Source: Octopus vulgaris (taxonomy: Eukaryota). Taken from it: DNA of 64,000 nt. The translations under genes were made by a program, and so were the position numbers. The notes beneath the pieces are model-generated. The model made no database searches. It was given only the letters and a program-made list of their open reading frames with translations, and was not told the origin of the DNA. This document shows, in pieces, positions 1-13,722 of the stretch (its first letter is position 1; each line of letters opens with the position of its first letter). The DNA lies in contig OX597832.1 in NCBI GenBank assembly GCA_951406725.2, positions 17,112,001 through 17,176,000 on the forward strand. Reading direction: 5' to 3'.

Positions 1-34
1 TATGTATATATATATACATGAATGTATATGTATT

Positions 35-92
<58 letters not shown>

Positions 93-429
93 TGTATGTA
101 GATATATATGTATGTTTCTATATATATATGTATGTATGTATATATGTATATGTATGAGTGTTGCATATACATTTACTCACACACACAAAAATAAACTTAT
201 GCACACCCACACATTCATGTGTGTGTGTATATATGTGTGTGCGTGTTTGTGTGTGTGTGTGCATTTGTATGTCTGTTGTAGATAGATCTATGATAATATG
301 ACAACCGTTGCGTGCTACCCACTGTGAAGCTGCAATACGTATGCACTTCGCTTTAATCTAATGAGACCCAAATTACGCCTCATCATTGAAATTTGACCTA
401 CACACGCTAAACTGAATGCATTTCTGATG

Positions 430-1310
430 CACTTTCCGACACTTTGTACGATGAATAGTAAATACTTAGCGAAGCACGTTACTTCTGTGAAATTCTGTTT
501 CAAATTGGGAAGGAAAGCTTCCAATGATAATTCTAAAATATACTCGAAATTTCATGTTAGTGGATAGTGATAGTATAATAAAAGTACGTACCATTATCCA
601 CACAAATCTTTGATTAACTTTGCATGAGGCCTTCGATAAATTTGCCAGTTTTATAATTTTGTAAAATGTGATTAAGAACGGTAGAATTACTTCGTGTTTT
701 CTCAAAATCTGGTAACCTTAGAAACAAAAGAAACCAAGTCACCATCAGTGAGGAAAATAGATCTATCTTTCCCAATACCGATGAAAATTTCCTGAAATAT
801 CCTATTAAATAATGTAATATGGGTGAATGGCTTCAAGGCAGATACAAAAATGGCGATTGTGAGAGGAGATTGTCTTACCGTTAACGTTACCTAGTAGGAA
901 AATGGTGCCCATCACTATCGCTCAGTTGTGATGTTTATGTTGACTGTTATATCATTAGATATTTATTTGAATTTTCAGGCTATTTTCTTTTACCACGCCT
1001 GGTGATGTGTAAAGAATTGTACATGAATGTCCCCGAATTTGGCCTCACTGGAATATATTTCCTTTCCCAAAGTTTAAATCCTCAATCGAACTTTGTCAAT
1101 GCTGTATTGTTGACGGAATCAAAAAGAAACATAATTCTTGAATAACTATACGTAGCACTAGAAAGGGCGTTTTAAGACGATTTCTGAAACTGACAAAGAG
1201 TCTGGCACCTGTGTATCATGACTGAAATATTTTGAAGGAAATTACGTCCAATTAATTTTGTTTATTTATTTATAACTTGAACACTACACTGAGTCCATTT
1301 CTCAAGCAGG
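430..1310 (+). mobile_element. Decayed mariner element
   Basis: VKFCFKLGRKAS (transposase N-terminus) near 488; W..C....EYFEG-like C-terminus near 1200-1245. Confidence 0.5.
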
Positions 1311-2052
1311 GCAAGCGCTCTGACACTACTGTCTGCTATGGGAGAATCCTGAAAACCCCCACGTGACTGAATGTGGACAAACCGATAACTATAAATAAGA
1401 ACTGAAGTTTAGTTCGTATGTAACCGTAGTTCGATGTGTGTCGATTAATACAATGGGTATTTGAGCAGTAAATACTGAGTACCATACAAACGTTCGAATG
1501 ATAAGGAGTCTGTGTAACCATATATTTCTGCGGTAGGTTACACAACAAACTACTTAATTGTGTAATACCACTTTACACCAAACGTGTATACCTATTTTTT
1601 TACTACCCACAAGGGGCTAAACACAAAGGGGACAAACAAAGACAGACAAACGGATTAAGTCGATTATATCGACCCCAGTGCGTAACTGGTACTTATTTAA
1701 TTGAGCCCCGAAAGGATGAAAGGCAAAATCGACTTCGGCTGAATTTGAACTCAGAACGTAACGTCAGGTGAAATACGGCTAAGCATTTCGCCCGGCGTGC
1801 TAACGTTTCTGCCAACTCACCGATTTCCAAACGTGTATACCGACGTTATAACACCACCTATAGCATTCTAATGTTAATAGAAATAACTGCTAAGAATGCT
1901 ATTATTATTATTATTATTATTATTCATTTTGTTCACCACGTACAAGCGCGTGTGTATACATCATTTTCTTTAATGTTAGAAAAATTGAAGCATGTCTTCG
2001 ACAATTCCGGAGTATATTGAAATCATTTTCGTGCGTGACATTTGACCCACCC

Positions 2053-2098
<46 letters not shown>

Positions 2099-2652
2099 AA
2101 GATAATATATATGTGTGTGTGTATGTATTTGTATATGTATGTGTATATATATGTATGTGCATATGTATGTATATGTATATGTATATGCATGTTAATTATG
2201 GTATGTATATATATGTATGTACATATATATGCATGTGTTTGTATGTATATATATATGTATGAGTGTGTGTGTTTCGTAATAAAATTGTAACTATATATAT
2301 GTGTGTGTGTATACGTGTGTATGTATATAGATATATGTATGCATATATACGCGTATATATATATGTGAGTATGTATGTATGTATGTATGTATGTATGTAT
2401 GTATGTATGTATGTATGTTAGTATGTATGGGTATATATGTATAGGTATATGTATTAGAAATATCACTGCATACAAAAACCGTAACGATTTTCGCATAGCA
2501 TAACAGGCAAAAGAATGAAAAATACCATTTTATAGAAGGTGTAGATTTTAAAATGTGCTTTAAAATTCTTAGTGAATCGTTATAGATTGTGACGCTCGTA
2601 TCTCCATAATAAGGTTGGTTATATAAATTTCAGTTTTGTTACTTTGCTGCCC

Positions 2653-2723
2653 TATAAAATAAATACATAGATGTATAAATATATAAATATATGCTGGTTA
2701 ATGTTTTATACATAAAATTCAGT
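2653..2723 (+). promoter_or_regulatory. Possible core promoter (TATA boxes and TCAGT initiator) for candidate exon 1
   Basis: TATAAA at 2653, 2674 and 2682; TCAGT at 2719-2723, about 25 nt before ATG 2745. The AT-rich background makes this weak. Confidence 0.25.
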
Positions 2724-2744
2724 GAGACTGGCCAATATTAATTT

Positions 2745-2828
2745 ATGCTGTATAGCATACTTTTTTTCCTTTTGAGTGTCTGGTATTTTTTTTCACCGTA
2801 TCACTTCTTATCTATATACAATTTAGAG
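2745..2828 (+). CDS. SIAE: Candidate SIAE exon 1 (signal peptide); needs one extra T in a poly-T run to be in phase
   Basis: ATG at 2745 opens hydrophobic MLYSILFFLLSVWYFF; donor GAG|GTACGT at 2829. The phase-1 frame into that donor reads LVFFFTVSLLIYIQFR-G and joins SQNIRF of the 18843 exon. As given, the ATG frame is phase 0. Confidence 0.45.
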
Positions 2829-3029
2829 GTACGTAAATGGCTCGATCAATAGTACTTATGTAAATGGTTAAATCAATAACACGGCATTCAGCTTTCACCT
2901 CAAAGAAATATCTCGTCTCTTAAGGAACACTAAAATATTAGTGTCTTCCTGGTGTGTGAATATATAGAACAGCTTGTAAAAGTTTTATGATGTTTACATA
3001 TATATTGTTTTTATTATTAAAAGTATTAC

Positions 3030-3034
3030 TATTA

Positions 3035-3096
<62 letters not shown>

Positions 3097-3197
3097 TACT
3101 ACTTCTACTATTATTATTATTATTATTATTATAATTCTTCTTATTATTATTATTATCATTATTATTATTATTATTATCATTATTACTATTATTATCA

Positions 3198-3252
<55 letters not shown>

Positions 3253-3360
3253 CCCCATTATCATCATCATTATCTTCATCCTCATCATCATATTCATCAT
3301 TTTCATCAGTGCTTTTGTCATAATCATCATCGTCGTCATCATTATCATCATCATCATCAA
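3030..3360. repeat. (ATT)n/(ATC)n microsatellite, representative of dozens of simple repeats
   Basis: Others include (GATA)n 5517-5652, 24190-24250, 39697-39790; (TACA)n 33131-33505; (TA)n 35040-35147; and a 36-bp TA-rich minisatellite at 50395-50590. Confidence 0.95.
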
Positions 3361-4051
3361 TTTTGGTTTGATTTTCTTCATGTCATCTTTTATAAAATTT
3401 CAAAGTTACTCCTCAAAGTTTGGACATCATATTCTACATAATTCAGAGTATGTTGTCTTCATTATACACACACACACACACACACACACAATATATATAT
3501 ATATATGTGTGTGCGTGTGTGTGTGTGTGTGTGTGCGCGCGCGCGTGTGTGTGTGTATGTATATGCAAAAATACCTGTTTATATATACATAGATATATAC
3601 TTATGTATGTGCAAACATATAAGTATTCACATACATATGTGTGTGTGTTCGTATATATATACGTTGGTATGGGGCGTTGCCTGTCTTAAGGTTAATAAAA
3701 TCAATATTGAACTGGTGAATTTATGTTTACACACATATATTAAACGTAAATATACATATATATCTTCATGCATAAACCACACACACACATATGAATAAAA
3801 TGTGTGTGTGTGTATGTGTGTACGCGATTTCGTAGGTTTACATGTAAGAGGGAATGTGTCCAATATTCTTAGCTGCTGTCGACTGCTTGGCAACTGCACA
3901 ACTGAAATCTTGCACATTTCGGGTCTTCTGGGAAACAAAATTCAAGTAATTTTTCCTGGTTAATTTTAGCTCGAAATACTAAATTTCAAAATATTTCATA
4001 TCCTTGAACAGAGCAATGAGACATTGGGGGAATGTTACCTAATTTGATAAA

Positions 4052-4400
4052 TACGAGGTACATTCAAGTAGATTTGAAACTTTTTCGGGAGCGACGTTTA
4101 TTAATTCGAAAGATGTATTATACTCTATACTCCTTCCATATCATATCCTCTTTCTTCAATGAATTTCTTGTAGCACTCAAACCACTTTGTGACAAGCCCC
4201 ATTTTATCCACCAAAATAATGTCCGAAACTCTTGTTATAGCTTCCGTATTCTAAATGTTTTCAAAGGGACTGTCCTTAAGTTTCTCTTTGTGCTTGAAGA
4301 ACCCCGAAAAATCACAGGGAGCAACATCTAGAATGTAGCGTGGGTGAGAGATAGTTTTGATGTTCATCTCTGTCAAGCAAATTGTTATCAGGATTAAATG
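4052..4400 (-). mobile_element. Mariner 3' remnant
   Basis: HPRYILDVAPCDF (cf. HPPYSPDLAPxDF) at 4347-4305; terminus TACGAGG at 4052. Confidence 0.65.
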
Positions 4401-5331
4401 TTGACGAGCAATGTCTAGTAGATTGGGACAAACAGTGTTCCGTAGGGTATTTTCATAGCGCTGTTAGAGACGTCTCTTTCAATCAGGAATAAAAATGCGG
4501 CAGTTACGATTATTAAATAATTGGTAACGATAAACCAAAATTGCAAACATCTAGGACATTTTTACTATCACACCTGGAAAAGTCTGGAAACTTCTGTAAT
4601 TCACATCGCATATATATTTAAAGCAGTCATGTAAATTATAGCAGTGTTGCACAAAATATTATAAAGCATTTATAAGGCAAATTACAAGGAAAATCTAGTC
4701 GTCTGGGAATTCAAGATTCGTACTTTAAAATGCTATATCCCTGTTATATCATGCGTGGGATATTCCAAGTATGATAGCACACAATTTCCAAATTTTCCAT
4801 ATTTTTTTTATTTATTGTGGGGAGGACATTTTAAAATTACAACATTCTATAGATACGTGTGTGTGTGTGTATGGTTGTATATATAATATCCATCTATTTA
4901 TAAGCTTATATATTTATTCAAATATCTATTGTAACGTAATCATGTTTCATGCTATTCTATTTCAACTGATTTACTTTAAACTTTATGGCTTTCATTATTA
5001 TTCCGTATATTGAGTTCCCCTTCTTGATAATATATTTTCAAATTCATTATGGTATAAAAATTGTTTTTCAAAAATTTCTTTTATGGGTTTCCTTTTAGAC
5101 TTGTTTGTGTGTACCAATTGCGTGTTTCAGTTTTGCAAAAAAATTAATATATATATATTCAAATAAATTCATCTTAATGTGAATTCGGGTCTATGTATGT
5201 AAGTATGTATAGCTTTAACTCTATTTGTAATATTATGTTAATCTTTTGTTTTTCATGTGAAAATTTGTGTTTATACATGCATATATGTATAAGTGTAACT
5301 ATATATGCGAGTACATCTATATTTCAGTGCA

Positions 5332-5403
<72 letters not shown>

Positions 5404-5524
5404 GTGTGTGTGTGTATATATATGTATGAATATATATATCAATATATATATATAATTGTGTGTACACACACACTCACATAAGTTTATAATATACACAGAC
5501 AGACGGACAGACAGACAGATAGAC

Positions 5525-5652
<128 letters not shown>

Positions 5653-5975
5653 GCAACTGGTATAAACGAAGAGAAATAACTTCCAGAGACCTGTGGCATA
5701 TATTTGAGAAAAAAAATGGAAAAGCTTATCTCCACTTGTAGAAACGGCAGGCCAATTACTAGTTGGCAAACGATATCAACTCCATATGGGGAGCGTGTGG
5801 ATTGTCTCGAATATCAGTAGTTCTTTGAAACCCAAAAAATGTTGAATAAGGTATATTTTATAAAATACAAATTAAATTCTTACCTGCCTGAAATTATCTC
5901 CCCTTCCAGAAAGTGTAGATTAATTAGTTCGCGGAAAATGACATACCTACTCACGTGCGTTTGTGTTTTTGTTTT

Positions 5976-6007
<32 letters not shown>

Positions 6008-6121
6008 CACACACACAAACACAGACACACACACATTGTCATGTCCACACACAGACACACGTACACAGATATATGTGGCGTTTTCTGCATGAATGCCCAG
6101 AATGTAATTCACGCATAAAAT

Positions 6122-6310
6122 ATACGAAGCGGTGCTGAAAAGTTCCTGGTTTTAAGGTTAGTGCGAAAGGCATGTTTCAAGGCTCAACCATCCGAGTTAT
6201 TTTCCAGGGCTTAGAAAACTGAAGGATAACTGCAATATGTGTGTGAATCTGAGAGGAGAATATGTTGAATGAAATAATTACCTGATCACTCTGTATTTTC
6301 TTTTACCTCT
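6122..6310. mobile_element. Mariner-derived MITE fragment
   Basis: TACG..GGTGCTGAAAAGTTCCTGG TIR-like start; C...RGEYVE stop remnant. Confidence 0.5.
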
Positions 6311-6394
6311 CATATAAATATTATTGATAATATTTCGTTCTGATAATATTTGTCGTTGCCTCGACCAGCTCTTTCTCAACTGTTTTAAACCTTA

Positions 6395-6785
6395 AGGCGG
6401 CGAGCTGGCAGAAACGTTAGCACGCCGGGCGAAATGCTTAGTGGTATTTTGTCTACCGCTACGTTCTGAGTTCAAGTTACGCCGAGGTCGACTTTGCCTT
6501 TCATACTTTCGGGGTCGATTCAATAAGTACCAGTTACGCACTGGGGTCGTTATAATCGACGTCATCCGTTTGTCTGTCCTTGTTTATCCTCTCTATGTTT
6601 AGCCCTTTGTGGATAATAAAGAAATAGGTATTTCGTCTGCGTTACATTCTGAGTTCAAATTCCACCGAGGTCGACATTGGCTTTCATTCTTTTGGGGTCG
6701 ATTAAATAAGTACCAGTTGCATGCTGGTGCTGATCTAATCGACTGTCCCCACCCAAATTTCGTACCTTGTACCTAGAATAGAAAA
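6395..6785 (+). mobile_element. SINE family A (GGCGGCGAGCTGGCAGAA...), often multimeric; about 20 copies
   Basis: A/B-box-like head (GAGTTCAAAT). Other copies near 1590-1820(-), 10500-10705(-), 11470-11670, 12150-12365, 18193-18610, 19785-19980, 22910-23305(-), 25183-25380, 25955-26355, 32258-32650, 32885-33070, 37995-38425, 41417-41715, 48947-49363, 52848-53000, 56366-56595(-), 57870-58050(-), 58214-58461(-), 58542-59232, 59728-59805(-). Confidence 0.9.
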
Positions 6786-7724
6786 GTATTTTTTTAACCT
6801 TTGAATTGAAATAAAATTTATTGTTTTATTTTTATATTTGATTATGCTTCACACTCTTTTAAACCGTTTTATTGGCGTAGGGCAAACGCTGGAGGGCGAG
6901 AGATTCCCGTTCATATCCTTACTTTTTCCACGTTTATATCGTTATGTAATTAACAATGGCTAATTCTATGTAGGTGGAGGCGCAATTGCCCAGTGGTTAG
7001 GGCAGCGGACTCATGATCGGAGGATCGCGGTTTCGATTCCCAGACCGGGCGTTCTGTATGTTTATTGAGCGAAAACACCTAGAAGCTCCACGACGCTCCG
7101 ACAGTGGGTGGTGGTGAACCCTGCTGTACTCTTTCACCACAACTCTCTCTCACTCTTTCTTCCTGTTTCTGTTGTACCTGTATTCCAATGGGTCAGTCTT
7201 GTCACAGTCTGTGTCACGCTGAATCTCCCTGAAAACTACGTTAAGGGTACACGTGACTGTGGAGTGCTCAGCCACTTGCACGTTAATATATTAGCAGCGA
7301 CGTCATTGGTGCCAATCTGTATCGGCCATTACGTTTCCCTTGGATAACATAGGTCGCGTGGAGAGGAGAGGCTGGTATGCATGGGTGACTTCAGGTCTTC
7401 CATAAACAACCTTGCCCTGACTTGTGCCTCGGAGGGTAACTTTGTAGGAGCAACCCCATGGTCAGCCATGGCCGAAGTGGGTCACAATATGTGTGTGTGT
7501 GTGCGTGTGTACAAAGAGATACTGATGAGACTGACAGACAGATTTCGTTACAAAAACGATACACGAAATTACCAAAGTACATATTAAATTTGATATGGAT
7601 TTTTGTAGAAATACTTTTCCGTGTCGGTTATGACGACAATGATTTCTCTCGATCCAATCAACGGAACGATCGTGAAATGAATACACGAACCCCTGAGATA
7701 CCTGCCTTTATGTAAGCTTAACTA

Positions 7725-7763
<39 letters not shown>

Positions 7764-7802
7764 GAGTATAAATCTATGATTATATGTGTTATATGTGTAT
7801 GT

Positions 7803-8184
7803 GGAGACGCAATGGCCCAGTGGTTAGGGCAGCGGACTCGCGGTCATAGGATCGCGGTTTCGATTCCCAGACCGGGCGTTGTGAGTGTTTATTGAGCGAA
7901 AACACCTAAAGCTCCACGAGGCTCCGGCAGGGGATGGTGGTGATCCCTGCTGTACTCTTTCACCACAACTTTCTCTCACTCTTACTTCCTGTTTCTGTTG
8001 TACCTGTATTTCAAAGGGCCGGCCTTGTCACTCTCTGTGTCACGCTGAATATCCCCGAGAACTACGTTAAGGGTACACGTGTCTGTGGAGTGCTCAGCCA
8101 CTTACACGTTAATTTCACGAGCTGGCTGTTCCGTTGATTCGGATCAACCGGAACCCTCATCGTCGTAACCGACGGAGTGCTTCC
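7803..8184 (+). mobile_element. SINE family B (GGAGGCGCAATGGCCCAGTGGTTAGG... tRNA head)
   Basis: A box and GTTTCGATTCC B box. Copies at 6976-7460, 9550-10052, 17965-18112(-), 35148-35322, 56614-56917(-), 62788-63290. Confidence 0.9.
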
Positions 8185-10199
8185 ATATATGTGTATATCT
8201 TTGTAAGGGAGTTGGAGAGTTAAAATTGAGAAACTGGCTGAACATCAATTCTATTACAGAGTAAGAAAAGGGAATGTCAGACACTATCATCGTTATTTAT
8301 AAAGCCATAAAAATTGAGGCAGCAAATTTAAGAACATTATTATAGAAACGTATTTTAATTTTAAAATTCGATACTATCCAGTATTTAATTAAGATAAGCT
8401 ATCAATAACTGTTTGATCATATCATGCTAGTTTGTAATGAGTAAACGAAAAGGCTTGTCATAGGCGTCATAGAGAAAGATGTGTGTGAGTGTGTATTTGT
8501 GTGAGCGCTCGCGTGTGTTTGTGTGAGTTAATGTGTGATTCCGAGAACTAAAACAGCTGCAGAGATTAGAGAAACGAAAGGGAGGAAGACTAAACAGATT
8601 ATGAAGCCGTACGATTCAGATTTCTTAGATGGGAAACAAATTATCAAAATTTTAGAGGAGGAGAAGAACTTTAGTCGATCATAGCTGCCGCAATAAATAG
8701 AAGTTACTTTAATTTGTTGACGCAGTAACAATGAAAAGTAAACGTGGACTGCGATTTGAACACGCATCGTATCGTAAACAACCCTGTGTCTGATGCTCAA
8801 ACGATTCTCCGCAATAATGGTAAATGCGTTTAGAAAAAATGCAGCAAATTTTATGATGCATTGATTATTATCATTGGTGTTCGTCTTCTTTTTGTTATTG
8901 TTGTTCTTGTTCTTCTTTTTGTTATTGTTGTTCTTGTTTTTTTCTTTGTTTTTTTGGGGGGGGTTTTTGGCTTGTTCTTTTTCTATCGTGAAGACGCCAT
9001 TTCAGATCGTTTCTAAGTTCTTTGTTCGTTAAACTGTGCTCTTTAAAATCGATTTAACTGACCAGGATTCGGCGGAAGTGAACAGTTACGGTTTTCTTTC
9101 CCTTCGGGGCGCGGAACTTGTTACTTTCCTTTCTTGAAATTACCTATTCTTCAAAAAGAAAAAGCAAAAAAATAAAAAATAAAAAATCATGATATTATAA
9201 ATGGAGAGTATGGAATGTTGCTGGACGGAGACTACATAATTGATACCCCACAGCTTCTTCTCACAATATGTACAGTTAATGGTATTGCAGCAACAAAGAC
9301 ATCACCACCAACGACAACAACAATAGTAATATGCTATACGATAAAGAGCAACAAAGAAAACAACATGCCAAATGCGACCACCACCAGCAGCGCAACACGT
9401 AACATTTATATTGGCAGCCACAACAGCAACCAATTACAGCAATGGCTGCGAAAGTCAAAGAATAGACAGTGATACCACTGTTATCGCCATCGCTACCGCA
9501 AGCAGCATCAAAGCTACAACACGACGACGACAGCAACAATAATTGACGTGGAGGCGCATTAGCCCAGTGGTTATGGCAGCGGACTCGCGGTCGAAAGAAC
9601 GCGGTTTCGATTCCGAAACCGGGCATTGTGAGTGTTTATTGAGCAAAAACACCTAAGCTCCACGAGGCTCCAGCAGGGGTGGGTGGTGAACTCTGCTGTA
9701 TTCTTTCACAACAACTTTCTCTCATTCTTTCTTCCTACTTCTGCCGCAAAGCAGAGGAACCATGGTGTAACCCACTATGGTGTGGTAAACTTTCAGACCG
9801 TAGTCTAGATTGCGAATCCTCTATACCCCAGGATGGTTCATCTCTCCACCCGTTAAAAGCCACTGTTTACGGAATGAGGATAACAACGTAGCGTTTGCGC
9901 CCGTGCAACCGCCAGTCTATCGCGTGTGGTGGTGGATCTTCAAGTTGCCACATGCATTCTAAGGAGATTAGAGTAGGTTCGAATTAGAGATTATTCTTTG
10001 TGGATAATGGCGTGAGTCGTGATTGGAAGAAGAAGAAGAAGAAGAAGAAGAAGCAACTGACGATGGAGATACAAGTAGAGACAGCTACAGCAACAGGAGC
10101 AACAACAATAGCAATAGCAATGATATTAGATTTAAATTTTGGCACAATGCCGGAAATTTTCGGGGTAGGGGATTGCCGATTACATCGACCCCAGTGCTT

Positions 10200-10500
10200 A
10201 CGACGACAAGTGTTTCAACTGATGCGATCAGCGAAACAGACTGCTCGGGAAGGGCATGTGGCTGGGTACTCCACAGACACGTGTACCATTAACGTAATTC
10301 TGAAGGAGATTCAGCGTGACACAGAGTGTGATTTGACTGGCCCTTTGAAATACAGGTACAACTCGTTTTTGCCAGTTGAGTGGACTGGAGCAACGTGAAA
10401 TAAAGTGTCTTGCTCAAGGAGATAATGCTTCGCCGGGAATTGAACTCACGACTTTACGATCGTGAGCCGAATACCCTAACCACTAAGCCACGCGCCTTCA
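10200..10500 (-). mobile_element. SINE family D (CORE-like CTTGAGCAAGACACTT body)
   Basis: Head GAAGGCGCGTGGCTTAGTGGTTAGG..GAGTTCAATTCCC; related copies at 13235-13380, 17586-17835, 30308-30580, 36950-37125(-). Confidence 0.75.
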
Positions 10501-10708
10501 TTGATATTTCATTGATTCTGAATGGATAAAAAGCGAAGTCGACATTGATGGAATTTGAACTGTGAACGAAAGAACTGACGAAATGCGGCTAAGCATTTTA
10601 CCCGGCATGCTAATTATTCTTTTCTACTCTAGGCACAAGGCCCGAAATTTGTGAGGAGGATGCCAGTCGATTACATCGACCCCAGTATGCAACTGGTGCT
10701 TAATTCAT

Positions 10709-10829
10709 CTGATGAATGCTGGAGGGTATATCAGCCGATACGTTGTGTTGACAACAAGCAAGATGAGGAGAAATATCTGTCAGTTGTAAATAATGTACAT
10801 AATTCCTCATCTCTTAAATAGAGAACTGA
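10709..10829 (+). mobile_element. 3' fragment of the tRNA/hammerhead element
   Basis: Starts at CTGATGA; matches 12025-12100 and the reverse complement of 11686-11814; GAAA mutated to GATA. Confidence 0.7.
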
Positions 10830-11685
10830 AGGAACGTGACTATAACAACGGTTGAAGAAATACAAACATTAGTAAAGGAAAAAGCGACCACAGGGACTAT
10901 AGAGTCAGTAACAATGGCAGAAGAAAAACATCAGCAACAGGAGCAAAATATTGTGAGTATGTGTGTGTGTTTGTGTGTCCTCACTAATTGACAACCGGTG
11001 TTGTTGTGTTTACAACCCCATAGTATAGCGGTTCGGCAAAGTGACTGATAGAATAAATACCACGCTTTAAAAAGAAAAAAATGTAAGTACTGCGGTCGAT
11101 TTGTTCGACTAAGATTCTTCAAGGGGGGGGGGGCTCCAGCATGGCCACCGTCTAATAATGACTGAGACACGTAAATTGTAAACGACAAAATTTTACGTCT
11201 CAATTAGAAAGTCTTAATATCAACAATCTTTATAATCCGAATGCTTTTTTCCTTTCATCATATCCAATTCGATTATATAAAGTGCCAGGGAAGCAAAGTG
11301 GTGGCTGTTATCGACTAAATGCCTGCCTCCCATTAAGAATTTCTGGTTTTGTTCCTAAATTAGAAAACATTATCGATATCAACCGCATCTCAACATGTAT
11401 ATTTAACCTTGACTAAAAGCATGTATTTCTGTAGATGACCAAATGCATGATACAATAATTTCTCGTGACGTAAGGCGACGACTTGGCTGAATCATTAACA
11501 CGCCGGACAAAATGCTTAGCATATTTTCGTCCGGCTTTACACACTGAGTTCAAATTCCTTCGAGATCGACTTTGCCTTTTATCCTTTCCGAATCGATGAA
11601 ATAAAAACTTGGGTTCGATAAAATCGATTTAACCCATTACACGAAATTGAAGGGCTTGAGCCAAAATTTAAAACGGATATTTTCT

Positions 11686-12130
11686 CAGTTCTATATTCAA
11701 GAGATCAAGAATTATGTACATTATTTACATTATTTACATTTGACGGATATTTGTCCTCATCTTGTTTGTTGTTAACACAACGTTTCTGCTGATATACCCT
11801 CCAGCCTTCATCAGGTGTCTTGGGGAAATTTCGAACCTGGGTTCTCATTCCTAAGGTATTTTTCGATGTTATTATGCCCAAGGTCATATGTCGTAGTGGT
11901 TAAGAGCGCGGGCTACTAATCCCAAGATTCCGCGTTCGATTCCAGACAGTGACCTGAATAATAATAATATCATTGAAAAATACCTAAGGAATGAGAACCC
12001 AGGTTCGAAATTTCCCCAAGATACCTGATGAAGGCTGGAGAGTATATCAGCCGAAACGTTGTGTTAACAACAAGCAAGATGAGGACTGTAAATAATGTTA
12101 ACAATGTCAACTGTAAATAATGTTAACAAT
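11686..12130 (+). mobile_element. tRNA-headed, hammerhead-bearing non-autonomous element with inverted 5' copy (Penelope-like architecture)
   Basis: tRNA-like head 11882-11954, hammerhead core 12025-12060, inverted copy of the 3' part at 11686-11876, and GGATATTTTCTC on both flanks. Confidence 0.75.
12020..12065 (+). ncRNA. Minimal type I hammerhead ribozyme motif
   Basis: GAUAC-CUGAUGA-A-GGCUG(loop)CAGCC-GAAA-CG-UU/GUGUU; stems I and II pair, helix III is palindromic ACGU. Confidence 0.7.
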
Positions 12131-13546
12131 GGATATTTTCTCGTGACGTAAAGCAGTGAGCTGGTAAAGTTGTTAGCACGCCGGTCAAAACACCTAGCAA
12201 CATTTCGTTCGGCTTTATGCTCTGTGTTCAAATTCCACCGATGTCGACTTTGCTTTTCATCTAATCGAAGTCGATAAAATAAAGTACCAGCAGAGCATTG
12301 GTTTCGATGTGATCGACTGACACCATTCCCTGAAATCGCAGGACCGGAGCTAAAACTTGAAACCAATGATTTTCTTATGTCGTAAGTACGTTTGCACTGC
12401 ATTCTTATGCTAAAATATAAACTTTCAAAAGTTACAGGATAATTTTTGCACAGCTTACATCACATAGCTAATAAAACTGCATTGGCATGTTTTAATGAGG
12501 GCCTGGTAAATCCACCACCGACAAACATCCCCACTCTTTGTACAAAAATTATTTTAAAGGAAGTATATTAAAAAATATTTTTAGAAATTTTAATAAAATA
12601 AACTTATCGAAACTACTCTAAGCTTATACATATTTAAGAATTTTATCAAAAGAAAATTTATTAGATTTTTATAAACTTTTAATAAAACAAACCAAAGTTA
12701 ATAAAGTTTTTTTCTTTAAATTTAATAAGTTTTCCTTTGATAAATTCCTTAAAATATTTTCATGTTTCCTCTTTTAGAAAAAAAAATGAATTGCTCGCCT
12801 AGATTTTTGTCAAGTGACGTTTACTTTCACTTCCACCCACCGTTTTAATATAATACAAGTATGATTGCCTTCTACGAAGTAACTTATTTACTTGAGATTA
12901 TATTTGGTACTTTGAGCAACTGTTTAGTTTGTTATACCATTAAATAAAACATCAATGAGTATTTCTTATCTTTATGTGATACAATGTGGAAATAAATTAA
13001 TAACACCCATCATCACTTCCCACGATATTTATTAATAATAACATGTGAATTGAAACATGCGAAGTTACTGGAAATATTCAAATCGAAACTCATTCAACTA
13101 CAAAGCCACTTTAAAAACTAACCACATGTTTTAACTGCGAAAGCCTTCAGACACGGCATAGTTTATGTGGCTTACAAATATTTGAAATAACCAACAAAGA
13201 ATAGTGTCTGTGTGCGTGTGTATGTATGTGTGTATCGCTCAGGGGTTAGGGATTGTGTTTACAGTTTCAATTCCTAAGCCTGGTGGTTCGTTGTGTTCTT
13301 GATCAAAACACTTCATGTCACATTGCTTTGCGATCACTTCCACTACTGACGCGTGGTACACAGTGCACGATTTCAAGTAACATCACCGCAGGAGTGGCTG
13401 TATAGTATGTAGCTTGCTTGCCAACCACATGGTTCCGGGTTCAGTCCCACTTTGTGGCACCTTGAGCAAGTGTCTTCTGCTATAGCTTCGGGCCGACCGA
13501 AGCCTCGTGAATGGATTTGGTAGACGGAAACTGAAAGAAGCCCGTC

Positions 13547-13584
<38 letters not shown>

Positions 13585-13675
13585 CTGTTTTGCCGAACCG
13601 TTAAGTTACGGGAACACCAGCTTCGGTTGTCAAGCGATGTTGGGGGGACAAACACAGACACACAAACACACACAT

Positions 13676-13722
<47 letters not shown>

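Noticed and set aside
11882-11954. Functional tRNA genes at SINE heads
   Set aside because: Cloverleaves are imperfect, there is no oligo-T terminator, and each continues into a repeat body.
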